A program made the translations under genes and the position numbers. A stretch of 40,116 nt of DNA from positions 1-40,116 of the forward strand of contig CAZIJR010000001.1 in NCBI GenBank assembly GCA_964539855.1. Reading direction: 5' to 3'. Shown here piece by piece: positions 1-8,288 of this stretch. Source of the stretch: an uncultured Candidatus Saccharibacteria bacterium. Lineage in GTDB: Bacteria > Patescibacteriota > Minisyncoccia > Minisyncoccales > Staskawiczbacteraceae. Numbering within the stretch: the first letter of the stretch is position 1; each line of letters starts with the position of its first letter. Under the pieces are notes generated by a model, which searched no databases, had not been told where the DNA came from, and saw nothing but the letters and a program-made list of their open reading frames with translations.

Positions 1-53
1 AACTCGCGTCTCCGCAATGCGAATGCGGCGTACTACCACTGTACTATAAGCCC
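1..53 (-). tRNA. tRNA-Ala (anticodon CGC), 5' portion only; the T arm and 3' end lie beyond the window edge
   Basis: Reverse complement folds as GGGCTTA/TA/GTAC-AGTGGTA-GTAC/G/CCGCA-TTCGCAT-TGCGG/AGAC/GCGAGTT..., with anticodon loop U33-CGC-A37. Identity rests on the anticodon alone (G3 is present, U70 is not visible). Confidence 0.6.
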
Positions 54-132
54 AAGCCAGATTTTGCTTACGCAAAACTGGAATCTTCAATTTACAATTT
101 ACAATTTTCAATCAATTTCTAAATTCTTCAAT

Positions 133-987
133 TTATAAACCAGAGTAATCCGGCTTATCTGTAAAAAACCTTTTTCTGACTTCTTCATTTGGTAAAGAAA
201 AAAGTTTTTTCCAATTGTGGATCTTATCCATATCAATTTTTAATGCCATTTCATATCCTCGTTGATGCGCCACATTATCTCTTCTGAATTTTTTTGAGTT
301 TTCTTCTACTTCTTTTATCATTTGTTGATAGAACTCTTTTGCCTCGGTAAAATCGATATCTTCACTAGACTTTTTAATTTCTAATATATAAAAATCAGTC
401 GCCTTTTTCATCGCCCGTTTTGCTTTTAGAAAATCTTTTTTTGACTCAATCACATGTTCCGCGTCGCTTTTTAATAAATCCAAAAAACCAAATTCTTTCT
501 GAGATGCTTTTTCCCACAATCTTTTGCCTAAAAAACCAAAAAACTCGCTGGTTATTAGTTCTTCTTCTGACTGCGGTTCAAAATGGCAACGATAGAAGTG
601 TGCCAATTCCTCACCCATAGTATTGCCGTTCAAAATCTCATTTATCCTACCTATAAAAATAATATCTAAGGGCTTCTCTTCTTCGCCATCTTTTAGCATA
701 CATTTAGCAAAAGAAGCGTGCCCCTTATCGTATACGGCGACTTCTGGCAAATTTTCTGCGGAGACGGAGAGTCCATATTCCTTGCCAAATAATTGGTTCA
801 TGTCGCATAAAAACTTTTTGCCCATAATACGCATAAAGGTTTCGTCATTCCAATCATATCCTTGTCCTTCAGCCCATTCCATAAATGCTTTTGTATTTTC
901 GTCTGCGGTTTCTATACTTCTCTGTCTTCTTTCATTATATAGTTTTACTTTTTCATCTTCCGGTTGTTCTTTAAATTGTTCCGGCAT
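133..987 (-). CDS. hypothetical protein (charged, no TM segments)
   Basis: 284-aa ORF between two minus-strand tRNA genes. Opposite-strand ORFs have F/S/L-rich shadow composition. EELAHxxxxH only loosely resembles a HExxH metal site, so no function is assigned. Confidence 0.6.
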   Translation of the reverse strand: MPEQFKEQPEDEKVKLYNERRQRSIETADENTKAFMEWAEGQGYDWNDETFMRIMGKKFLCDMNQLFGKEYGLSVSAENLPEVAVYDKGHASFAKCMLKDGEEEKPLDIIFIGRINEILNGNTMGEELAHFYRCHFEPQSEEELITSEFFGFLGKRLWEKASQKEFGFLDLLKSDAEHVIESKKDFLKAKRAMKKATDFYILEIKKSSEDIDFTEAKEFYQQMIKEVEENSKKFRRDNVAHQRGYEMALKIDMDKIHNWKKLFSLPNEEVRKRFFTDKPDYSGL

Positions 988-1010
988 AATTTTTATTATA
1001 TTTTTACTTG

Positions 1011-1081
1011 TCGGGGTGGCCGAAATCGAATCGGCGCCACCGAGTCCCGAACCCGGCGTACTACCACTATACTACACCCCG
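1011..1081 (-). tRNA. tRNA-Pro (anticodon CGG), no encoded CCA
   Basis: Reverse complement is CGGGGTG/TA/GTAT-AGTGGTA-GTAC/G/CCGGG-TTCGGGA-CTCGG/TGGC/GCCGA-TTCGATT-TCGGC/CACCCCG/A, a complete 71-nt cloverleaf. The discriminator A is followed by CAAG, not CCA. Confidence 0.9.
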
Positions 1082-1128
1082 TTATTGTTTTTCGTCTTTC
1101 TTTGTTTCTACCTCCATTTATATGCTTT

Positions 1129-1722
1129 TTATTTACCAGAATTTAAGTGCTTTACCATACTAACACGGTCTGCCGGCTTATTATCCCATTCATCAACTCC
1201 TTTTTGAATTTCTTTTTCTTTAAAGCCTAGTTTGTTATAAAGCGAGACCGCATTTTTATTTTGCGCAATAACACTAAGCTCTATATTTTTAACATTAAAT
1301 CTATTTTGCGCTTCAGAAATACAGGATTCCATCAATTCTTTGCCGAGCTTTTTCCCCTGATATTTCTCTAGCACGGTTATTGCATGTACAAATGCCGTGT
1401 CACCGCCATACCATCCAAGCTCAACATACCCGCAAACCAGGTCTTCAATTTCCGAAACAAGGACTATAAATTTATCCCGTTCATCAATCCTTCTAGAAGC
1501 TTCCAACATTTCATCATCGGCAGGTTTTTCTGGTAATTTGTGGTCTCTTTCAGCGCGCAACCTACGCTGATCTTCAAATATATCTGCAACAGCTTGATAG
1601 TCTTCTTGCGAGGCATATCTTACGTCAGCTTCTTTTCCCTCAACCTCGAAACACCTTACAATTATACTTTCTTGCTCGCGCGATTCCTTCTGCTGCGGAT
1701 TTCTTTCAAATTTTTCTGTCAT
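1129..1722 (-). CDS. GNAT family N-acetyltransferase
   Basis: Acetyl-CoA binding signature in ...ITVLEKYQGKKLGKELMESCI... (Q/RxxGxG/A motif), followed by the typical ...LYNKLGFKE... C-terminal segment. Confidence 0.8.
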   Translation of the reverse strand: MTEKFERNPQQKESREQESIIVRCFEVEGKEADVRYASQEDYQAVADIFEDQRRLRAERDHKLPEKPADDEMLEASRRIDERDKFIVLVSEIEDLVCGYVELGWYGGDTAFVHAITVLEKYQGKKLGKELMESCISEAQNRFNVKNIELSVIAQNKNAVSLYNKLGFKEKEIQKGVDEWDNKPADRVSMVKHLNSGK

Positions 1723-1738
1723 AATATTTTTAAATTTA

Positions 1739-3196
1739 TTATGTTACCCAGTATTTTTGCTTGGTCATCTCGTCTTTCTTGGTCTCAACTTCCATCTTCT
1801 CGCCCTCTGCTTTTTCTGCCATTTTTTGCAGTTCTTTATCGCTCATTTTACCCAATTTTGCAACTTCTGCCTCTAAAAAATCTTTGGTATTCTTTTTGGG
1901 ATCATCCAAAACATAGCTCAAAAGGATATCTAAAATCTGGCCTATTTTTGGCCCTGGTTTTATGCCTAAAATCTTCATAATATCTCCGCCATTTACCTTT
2001 AGCATTTTAGCAGAAATAGGATCTTGGCTAACTTTGTCAATTAAGTATTTTAAATGCCTTAACTTATATGGCTCGGCTTTGGGTACGCCAGAGCCAATGC
2101 GATCTGCCATTCTAACTTGCAACAGCTCTTCTATGTTTTCTGGCCCCACATTTTTTACCAGTCTTCTTACAGAAGATTCTGTGACTTCTCCCACGTTATA
2201 GTAAAACAAATGAAACCTCACTAATTTTGTGATTTTTTCAACATCTTTTTTAGAAAACTTCAGTCTATTTAGGATTTGAAAAGCCATTTTAGCCCCCACA
2301 ACTTCGTGGTTATAAAATGTGGCTTCTTCTCCCTCACCAACTTTAACTTTTGGTTTGGCTATATCGTGGAGAAGAGAAGCCAATCTTACCTGCATATTAA
2401 ACTTTTTCTTCCCTGCGTATTCCAAAGACTTTATCGCGTGCTGATAACAATCATATATGTGATGCTTATTTTGTGGAATTCCATAATTATCTAATAATTC
2501 GGGCACAATATATTTTAACAGCCCCAATTCTCTCAAAAGCTCAATCCCGAATGCCGGGCTTTCGGACATAATAATTTTCAAAAATTCATCTCTTATTCTT
2601 TCTTTTGAAATAGCTTCTATCCAAATACTATTTTTTTTAATTGCCTCGGCGGTTTCTTTTTCTATTGTAAAACCAAGCGTAGTAGCAAACCTCACGGCTC
2701 TTAGCATTCTTAAAGCGTCTTCAGCAAACCTTTCCTTTGGGTTCCCAACTGTTTTTATTCTTTTATTTTTTAAGTCTTTTTTTCCTTCAAACAAATCTAC
2801 CAGCTCGTTTTTAGCCTGCCCTGAGCCAGGTCGAAGGGCCATGGCGTTTATTGTAAAATCCCTTCTGCTCAAATCTTCTTGTAAAGTTTTGGCATATTTT
2901 ACCTCATCGGGGTGGCGCTTATCAGAATATTTTGCTTCTACTCTATAGGTGGTAATTTCTATCTCGGGAATTTTAGCGTTTTCTGTGCGTACGGTAACTG
3001 TTAAAAAGTTGTTTTCATAAAAACTGTCTGGAAAAACTTTTTGGATTTCCTCTGGCTTAGCATTTGTGGTAACATCCCAGTCATTTGGATTTTTATCCAT
3101 CAAAAAATCACGCACGCACCCGCCCACGATAGCAGCCTCAAAACCGGCCTTTTGCAGATTTTTCAAAACAGATTTTACCTCTTTTGGTATAATCAT
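1739..3196 (-). CDS. cca: CCA-adding tRNA nucleotidyltransferase (class II, with HD domain)
   Basis: N-terminal GGCVRDFLM...DWDV nucleotidyltransferase motif, RRDFTINAM, and an HD-domain region (LLHDIAKP). Confidence 0.9.
   Translation of the reverse strand: MIIPKEVKSVLKNLQKAGFEAAIVGGCVRDFLMDKNPNDWDVTTNAKPEEIQKVFPDSFYENNFLTVTVRTENAKIPEIEITTYRVEAKYSDKRHPDEVKYAKTLQEDLSRRDFTINAMALRPGSGQAKNELVDLFEGKKDLKNKRIKTVGNPKERFAEDALRMLRAVRFATTLGFTIEKETAEAIKKNSIWIEAISKERIRDEFLKIIMSESPAFGIELLRELGLLKYIVPELLDNYGIPQNKHHIYDCYQHAIKSLEYAGKKKFNMQVRLASLLHDIAKPKVKVGEGEEATFYNHEVVGAKMAFQILNRLKFSKKDVEKITKLVRFHLFYYNVGEVTESSVRRLVKNVGPENIEELLQVRMADRIGSGVPKAEPYKLRHLKYLIDKVSQDPISAKMLKVNGGDIMKILGIKPGPKIGQILDILLSYVLDDPKKNTKDFLEAEVAKLGKMSDKELQKMAEKAEGEKMEVETKKDEMTKQKYWVT
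2545..2566. repeat. degenerate copy of the 23-nt REP-like palindrome, lying inside the cca coding sequence
   Basis: tcccgaatgccgggctttcgga versus tcccgaaagccgggctttcggga at 10334 and 11094: one substitution and one deletion. It encodes SESPAFGIE in cca. Confidence 0.5.
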
Positions 3197-3203
3197 AATA
3201 TAG

Positions 3204-3275
3204 TGCCCCCAGGAAGATTCGAACTCCCAACTTTTGGTTCGAAGCCAAATATGATGTCCATTTCACTATGGGGGC
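3204..3275 (-). tRNA. tRNA-Arg (anticodon TCG), no encoded CCA
   Basis: Reverse complement is GCCCCCA/TA/GTGA-AATGGACA-TCAT/A/TTTGG-CTTCGAA-CCAAA/AGTT/GGGAG-TTCGAAT-CTTCC/TGGGGGC/A (72 nt). Confidence 0.85.
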
Positions 3276-3298
3276 ATTTTTGAATTCTACCATTTTTT

Positions 3299-3308
3299 GT
3301 GCTATAAT
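3299..3308 (+). promoter_or_regulatory. extended -10 promoter element GTGCTATAAT
   Basis: TGnTATAAT consensus 22 nt upstream of the 3331 ATG. The identical 10-mer recurs at 9490 and 15475, each time just upstream of a plus-strand start codon. Confidence 0.5.
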
Positions 3309-3330
3309 CAAGAAATTAAGCTAAAATCAA

Positions 3331-3714
3331 ATGAAAAAGCCTTTACTAATCTTATTATTTTTGGTATTATTTTTAATTCCCGCTTTAGCCAGCGCCGCGG
3401 GACTAGTACCTTGCGGAGGAGCAGGAGAGCCGGTTTGTAGTATTGGATGTTTTTTTGTAATGCTTGCCAATATCTATAATTTTCTTGTAGGAAAAATTGC
3501 CCCAGCCTTAGCAATATTGGCCTTAACAATAGGTGGAATAATCCTTGTAGTTTCTGCTGGAAATCCAAGCGCAGTGGGTTTGGGCAAAAAAATTATATAT
3601 TCTGCGATTATAGGATTAGTTTTGGTTTATTGCTCATGGCTGATTATAAACGTAATTTTAACAACCATCGGGTTTAATTTGGGATCATGGTTTAACCCAA
3701 ATATGAGCTGTTAA
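3331..3714 (+). CDS. small secreted VirB2/TrbC-like 'T4SS pilin' type protein (signal peptide, Cys motif, two-TM hairpin)
   Basis: Signal peptide ending ALASAA, then GLVPCGGAGEPVCSIGC. Two hydrophobic helices (ALAILALTIGGIILVV and AIIGLVLVYCSWLIINVIL) are joined by a short basic loop, an architecture typical of small CPR pilin-like proteins. Confidence 0.65.
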   Translation: MKKPLLILLFLVLFLIPALASAAGLVPCGGAGEPVCSIGCFFVMLANIYNFLVGKIAPALAILALTIGGIILVVSAGNPSAVGLGKKIIYSAIIGLVLVYCSWLIINVILTTIGFNLGSWFNPNMSC

Positions 3715-3724
3715 ATAAAATCTC

Positions 3725-3797
3725 GCCCCCGTAGCTCAATTGGTAGAGCAGTTCCCTCTTAAGGAATTGGTTCTGAGTTCGAGTCTCAGTGGGGGCA
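3725..3797 (+). tRNA. tRNA-Lys (anticodon CTT), no encoded CCA
   Basis: GCCCCCG/TA/GCTC-AATTGGTA-GAGC/A/GTTCC-CTCTTAA-GGAAT/TGGTT/CTGAG-TTCGAGT-CTCAG/TGGGGGC/A (73 nt), followed by CAA. Confidence 0.9.
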
Positions 3798-3858
3798 CAA
3801 ATATGGACAAACTAAATAAAATAGAGTATACTATATTATTATAAGTAAAAAAGAGAGT

Positions 3859-4128
3859 ATGAGTTTAAAAACTAAAGAAAAAGCAAAAATTATAAAAGAA
3901 GTTGCAACTAGTGAAAAAGACACTGGGTCTTCTGAAGTACAAGTTGCTTTGCTATCAAAAGAAATAGACAGGTTGGCGTTACATTTAAAAAAACACGCCC
4001 AAGACATCCACTCAAAAAGGGGGCTAATAAGAATGGTTATACAAAGGAAGAAATTGCTGGCTTATCTAAAAAAATCCTCTGAAAAAAGATACTTGGCCAT
4101 TGTTAAAAAAATAGGACTTAAAAAATAA
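3859..4128 (+). CDS. rpsO: 30S ribosomal protein uS15
   Basis: 89 aa. ...DTGSSEVQVALLSKEIDRLALHLKKHAQDIHSKRGLIRMVIQRKKLLAYL... matches the S15 pattern. Confidence 0.95.
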   Translation: MSLKTKEKAKIIKEVATSEKDTGSSEVQVALLSKEIDRLALHLKKHAQDIHSKRGLIRMVIQRKKLLAYLKKSSEKRYLAIVKKIGLKK

Positions 4129-4136
4129 CACTCGCG

Positions 4137-4640
4137 ATGCAGCCAAAACCAAAAGAACAGAGAGTAGAGGTGCTGATTGATGTGCAAAATCTATATCATT
4201 CGGCAAAAAATCTTTATCACGCAAGGGTAAATTATCAGGAAGTTTTAAAACAGGCAGTTGCCGGAAGAAAGTTTATTAGGGCTTTTGGCTATGTGGTGCG
4301 CACAAAAACTGGCGAAGAAACGCCTTTTTTTGATGCCTTGAGCAAAATTGGTATTGAGACAAGAGTAAGAGATTTACAAGAATGGTATGGAGGCGCCAAA
4401 AAAGCAGACTGGGATGTAGGCATAGTTATAGATGCTATTAGAACATCTCCAGGCTTAGATGTAATTGTCTTGGTTTCTGGAGACGGTGATTTTATTGCTC
4501 TTGTAGAATATTTAAAAAACCAGGGAAAGCGCGTGGAAGTAATGGCTTTTGGAAAAACAACCTCAGGCAAACTAAAAGAAATTGCAGACGAGTTTATAGA
4601 CCTGGACGAAGGCCTCCCCAAATTCCTCCTAAAAAAATAA
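4137..4640 (+). CDS. NYN domain (LabA-like) protein, predicted RNase fold
   Basis: VLIDVQNLYHSAK at the N-terminus and VLVSGDGDFIALVEYLKNQGKRVEVMAF are characteristic NYN/LabA motifs. The gene starts 8 nt after the rpsO stop. Confidence 0.8.
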   Translation: MQPKPKEQRVEVLIDVQNLYHSAKNLYHARVNYQEVLKQAVAGRKFIRAFGYVVRTKTGEETPFFDALSKIGIETRVRDLQEWYGGAKKADWDVGIVIDAIRTSPGLDVIVLVSGDGDFIALVEYLKNQGKRVEVMAFGKTTSGKLKEIADEFIDLDEGLPKFLLKK

Positions 4641-4673
4641 AATAAACGGGCGCGATACTGATTTACAAATAAC

Positions 4674-4725
4674 ATACCAATCATACTAATTTAGTCATTA
4701 GTGTAATCGGCATGATATTTGGTAT
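4674..4725 (+). promoter_or_regulatory. candidate pnp leader stem-loop
   Basis: ataccaatcat (4674-4684) pairs with atga...tttggtat (4712-4725). An inner 6-bp hairpin is formed by actaat/attagt (4685-4702). Confidence 0.3.
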
Positions 4726-4747
4726 CTTAGTATTGCTCTCAAAATAA

Positions 4748-6880
4748 ATGGCAGTAAAAGATACGTTTGAGGTAAACATAAGCGAGAAAACTATTTCCGT
4801 CAAAACAACAAATTGGACCGAGCAAGCCTCTGGTTCTTGTTTAGTTCAGCTGGGAGAAACCGTGGTTTTAGTAACCGCAGTTATTTCCCCACACTCCAGA
4901 CCAGATATAGATTATTTTCCTTTGATGGTAGAATACGAAGAAAGATTTTATGCTGCAGGAAAAATTTATGGGTCTCGCTTTGTAAAAAGAGAAAGCAGGC
5001 CATCAGATGAGGCTATTTTAACAGCTCGCATGATAGACAGGGCAATAAGGCCTTTGTTCCCAAAAGACTTTAAAAAAGAGGTTCAGGTTGTGGTAACCTG
5101 CCTTTCGTGGGATGGAGAAAATGACCCAGATATTTTAGGAATGATTGGAGCATCCTTTGCTCTATCTACTTCTCAAATCCCTTGGAATGGACCCTTGGGG
5201 GCTATAAGAATAGGCAGGGTAAATGGAGAGCTTATTTTTAACCCCACCTATAAACAAAGAGAAGAAGGAGACATGGATTTGACTTTATCAGCCATAGAAA
5301 GAGATGGGGATATTTTAATCAATATGATTGAAATGGGAGCAAAAGAAATTGCAGAAGATGATGTTCTAAAAGCTTATGATGCTGTAAAAAAAGAACTGCA
5401 ACAAGTTATTGATTTTCAAGTAAAAGCAGTCAAAAAAATTGGAAAGGAAAAGGATGAATTTTCACCCGCAGTAGAACTGGAAATTGAAAAAGAAATAAAA
5501 GAATTTTTAGGTGATAAAGTGGAAAAAGCCATTAATGATGCGCCGAAAGGAGAAAAAAATCTGGGAGCTGCTGAACTTCTAAAAGAAGATTTGGTAAAAT
5601 ACTTAGATGAAAAATATCCTAATGAGGGCAAGACCAAGCAGGCACTTCCATATTTTGAAAAGGAAATTGAAAGAATAATTATAAAAAATATAATTGAAAG
5701 AGATTACAGACCAGACGGTAGAAAGCCAGAAGAAATAAGGCCATTATCTTGCGAAGTAGGAGTTTTACCAAGAGCCCATGGCTCTGGAGTTTTCCACAGA
5801 GGACTTACAAAAGTGCTTTCTGTGCTAACTTTGGGAGGTCCTGGTGACCAACAAATAATAGAAGGCATGGAAGTGGTGATGAAAAAAAGATTTTTACATC
5901 ACTATAACTTTGCTGCATTTTCTTCAGGAGAAGTCTCTCCTATGAGAGGACCAAAAAGAAGAGAAATTGGCCACGGACATTTAGCTGAAAAAGCCTTGTC
6001 TCCGGTTATTCCAGATATAAAAGATTTTCCTTATACTATAAGAATAGTGTCTGAATCTGTGTCCTCAAATGGATCTACTTCAATGGCCTCCACTTGTGCA
6101 GCTTGTATCGCATTAATGGATGCTGGCGTGCCTATAAAGGAACCTGTGGCAGGAATTTCTGTGGGATTGGCAAAAGATGAGGAAACTGGCAAATACAAAG
6201 TCCTAACAGACATTCAGGGTCCAGAAGACCATTATGGAGATATGGACTTTAAAGTGGCAGGAAGCAAAAACGGAATTACAGCCATTCAAATGGATATTAA
6301 AATAGATGGCATAGACAGAAAGATAATAGAAGAAGCTTTAGAAAGGGCAAAAGATGCAAGATTTAAAATACTTGATATAATAAAGAAACAGATACCCGAA
6401 CCTAGAAAATCATTGTCACCTTATGCTCCAAAAATCTTTTCCATGATGATTAACCCTGCTAAGATTGGAGAGGTTGTAGGACCAAAAGGAAGCGTTATAA
6501 ACAAAATCATTGAAGAGTGCGGAGGCGTGGCAATTGATATAGAAGATTCAGGATTTGTGGCTGTAACAGGACAAAATCAGGAAGACGTAGACAAAGCCGC
6601 AAACTGGATTAAGGGGATTGTAAAAGAAATTGAAATTGGAGAAATTTACACAGGAACCGTCAGAAAAATTATGGACTTTGGAGCATTTGTAGATATTTTA
6701 CCAGGACAATCAGGACTGGTACACATATCAAAGTTTGTAAAAGACAGGATAGATAAGGTTTCAGAAGTTGTAAAAGAGGGAGATATAATTCCGGTAAAAG
6801 TAGTGGAAATTGACAGCATGGGCAGAATAAACCTTTCTGCCATAGATGCTGGGTTCAAACCTAAGCCTAAAAATAAATAA
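4748..6880 (+). CDS. pnp: polyribonucleotide nucleotidyltransferase (PNPase)
   Basis: 710 aa with two RNase PH-like halves. C-terminal KH (KIGEVVGPKGSVINKI) and S1 (GEIYTGTVRKIMDFGAFVDI...GLVHIS) domains. Confidence 0.97.
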   Translation: MAVKDTFEVNISEKTISVKTTNWTEQASGSCLVQLGETVVLVTAVISPHSRPDIDYFPLMVEYEERFYAAGKIYGSRFVKRESRPSDEAILTARMIDRAIRPLFPKDFKKEVQVVVTCLSWDGENDPDILGMIGASFALSTSQIPWNGPLGAIRIGRVNGELIFNPTYKQREEGDMDLTLSAIERDGDILINMIEMGAKEIAEDDVLKAYDAVKKELQQVIDFQVKAVKKIGKEKDEFSPAVELEIEKEIKEFLGDKVEKAINDAPKGEKNLGAAELLKEDLVKYLDEKYPNEGKTKQALPYFEKEIERIIIKNIIERDYRPDGRKPEEIRPLSCEVGVLPRAHGSGVFHRGLTKVLSVLTLGGPGDQQIIEGMEVVMKKRFLHHYNFAAFSSGEVSPMRGPKRREIGHGHLAEKALSPVIPDIKDFPYTIRIVSESVSSNGSTSMASTCAACIALMDAGVPIKEPVAGISVGLAKDEETGKYKVLTDIQGPEDHYGDMDFKVAGSKNGITAIQMDIKIDGIDRKIIEEALERAKDARFKILDIIKKQIPEPRKSLSPYAPKIFSMMINPAKIGEVVGPKGSVINKIIEECGGVAIDIEDSGFVAVTGQNQEDVDKAANWIKGIVKEIEIGEIYTGTVRKIMDFGAFVDILPGQSGLVHISKFVKDRIDKVSEVVKEGDIIPVKVVEIDSMGRINLSAIDAGFKPKPKNK

Positions 6881-6897
6881 AAACTTCGCTTTTATAG

Positions 6898-7875
6898 ATG
6901 CCTACTCAAACAGAAGAACAACAAGCAAAAGATTTTTTGAAAAGGGCTGAAATAAGGACCATGAAAAAGGATTTAAGATCCTTAAGAGAAGGTGATGCTT
7001 TAAAAGAAAGGGACAAAATAGCTAAAATTCAAACGATAGAAGAGCAACAAACAGAGAAGATAAAAAAAGAAGCAGATAGGTCTGGCATGGAAAAAGTCCT
7101 TTCAGCAAATGAAAATGAAGAAAAAATTGCTGAAAAAGATTTAAAAAACTACGCCACAGAAGAAGAACGCCAGCAAATATTTTTACTTGAATCCCAGAGG
7201 CTAAGTTTTGAAAAACAAATAGACGCGATTGACAAAGAAAAAAATCCGGCTTTGAAGCTTGAAAAAAATAAACTTCTCTTACAAAAAAGAGACGTGCAAG
7301 CTAAGCTAACTTCCGTCTTAGAAGAAGAAAAAAGGATAGAGGGAGAGCAGGGCGTAGTAACAGAAAGCGCAAAAACCAGTACAATAGCTTCTCAAAAAAA
7401 ATCCTTAGAACAACGGAGGTGGGATATAGATAAAGATATACAAGAAATAGAAAAAAAACGATGGGCGCTGGAAAAACAAATACAAGACATAGATAGCAAA
7501 ATAACAGAAATAGACCGAAGATCAGAACAGATTACAACTGAAAAGAATGGCTTAAGGGATAAGGTTTTGGGCATGGATAAGTCGTTGAGAGACATATATT
7601 CTGGTGTTATAGCTAAAACAGAGGAAAGAAGAAAGGGCCAAGCGCAGGATCAAATAACACAAAAAGAAGCGCTTTCAAAAACAAGGACAGAAGAAAAAGA
7701 AAAAATACAAAGAGAACAATGGGGGGGATTAGCTGTTCCAAAGAAAAAAGAATTTTTAAAATCAGCTCCCGCCAGCTTTAAAGAAAAACTGGCAGAATCA
7801 ACAGCCAAAGAGGAAGAACAAAGAGCCAAATTTATGCAGAATATAAACCAAATTCCAATACCACGTAAAAAATAA
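6898..7875 (+). CDS. hypothetical K/E/Q-rich coiled-coil protein
   Basis: 325-aa ORF with heptad-like charged composition and no TM segments. Antisense ORFs have shadow composition. Confidence 0.6.
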   Translation: MPTQTEEQQAKDFLKRAEIRTMKKDLRSLREGDALKERDKIAKIQTIEEQQTEKIKKEADRSGMEKVLSANENEEKIAEKDLKNYATEEERQQIFLLESQRLSFEKQIDAIDKEKNPALKLEKNKLLLQKRDVQAKLTSVLEEEKRIEGEQGVVTESAKTSTIASQKKSLEQRRWDIDKDIQEIEKKRWALEKQIQDIDSKITEIDRRSEQITTEKNGLRDKVLGMDKSLRDIYSGVIAKTEERRKGQAQDQITQKEALSKTRTEEKEKIQREQWGGLAVPKKKEFLKSAPASFKEKLAESTAKEEEQRAKFMQNINQIPIPRKK

Positions 7876-7887
7876 TTAATTAAAACT

Positions 7888-8247
7888 ATGGACAAAAAAT
7901 TAGCAGAAGAATTAAAGCAAACATTAGAAAACGAAAAAGTATCTCTAACTACTCAGCTAAAAAGCTTTGCTAAAAAAGACGATTCCCCAAAGGGGGACTG
8001 GGAAACCACATACCCCAACCGCGAAAACGGAAGTATGGAGGAAGAAGCAGATGAAGTGCAAGAGTATGGTAATATGCTTCCTGTGGAACACAGCCTGGAG
8101 CTGAAATTAAGAGACGTGAACATTGCTTTAGAAAAAATCAATTCTGGTAAAGGATATGGAATCTGTGAAAAATGCGGAGCAGAGATCAAGCCGGAAAGAT
8201 TAAAAGCTGTTCCCGAAGCCCGACTCTGTATGAAACACAACAAATAA
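7888..8247 (+). CDS. DksA/TraR family C4-type zinc finger protein
   Basis: C-terminal ...ALEKINSGKGYGICEKCGAEIKPERLKAVPEARLCMKH matches the DksA/TraR zinc-finger pattern, preceded by an acidic coiled-coil region. Confidence 0.8.
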   Translation: MDKKLAEELKQTLENEKVSLTTQLKSFAKKDDSPKGDWETTYPNRENGSMEEEADEVQEYGNMLPVEHSLELKLRDVNIALEKINSGKGYGICEKCGAEIKPERLKAVPEARLCMKHNK

Positions 8248-8250
8248 TAA

Positions 8251-8280
8251 AAAACCGTCCCGGAAGTGGGGCGGTTTTTT
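8251..8280. terminator. bidirectional intrinsic terminator between convergent genes
   Basis: aaaaCCGTCCC-ggaagt-GGGGCGGtttttt: a GC-rich stem flanked by an A-run and a T-run. Confidence 0.7.
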
Positions 8281-8288
8281 TATGTATT

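Noticed and set aside
88-118. Short heptamer-like repeat caatttacaatttacaattttcaatcaattt
   Set aside because: It has only 2-3 imperfect units in an A/T-rich intergenic spacer. It has no spacer/repeat organisation and no associated genes, so I treat it as low-complexity sequence.
623-1207. 194-aa plus-strand ORF, together with 420..620 and 964..1146
   Set aside because: It is antisense to the 133..987 gene and runs straight through the tRNA-Pro gene. Its F/S/L/C-rich composition is typical of a shadow frame in A/T-rich, K/E-rich coding DNA.
5780-5791. 12-nt exact match (ggctctggagtt) between pnp and the left arm of the 37587..37722 element
   Set aside because: The match does not extend on either side. 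A single 12-mer coincidence between a 136-nt element and 80 kb of two-strand sequence is close to the chance expectation.
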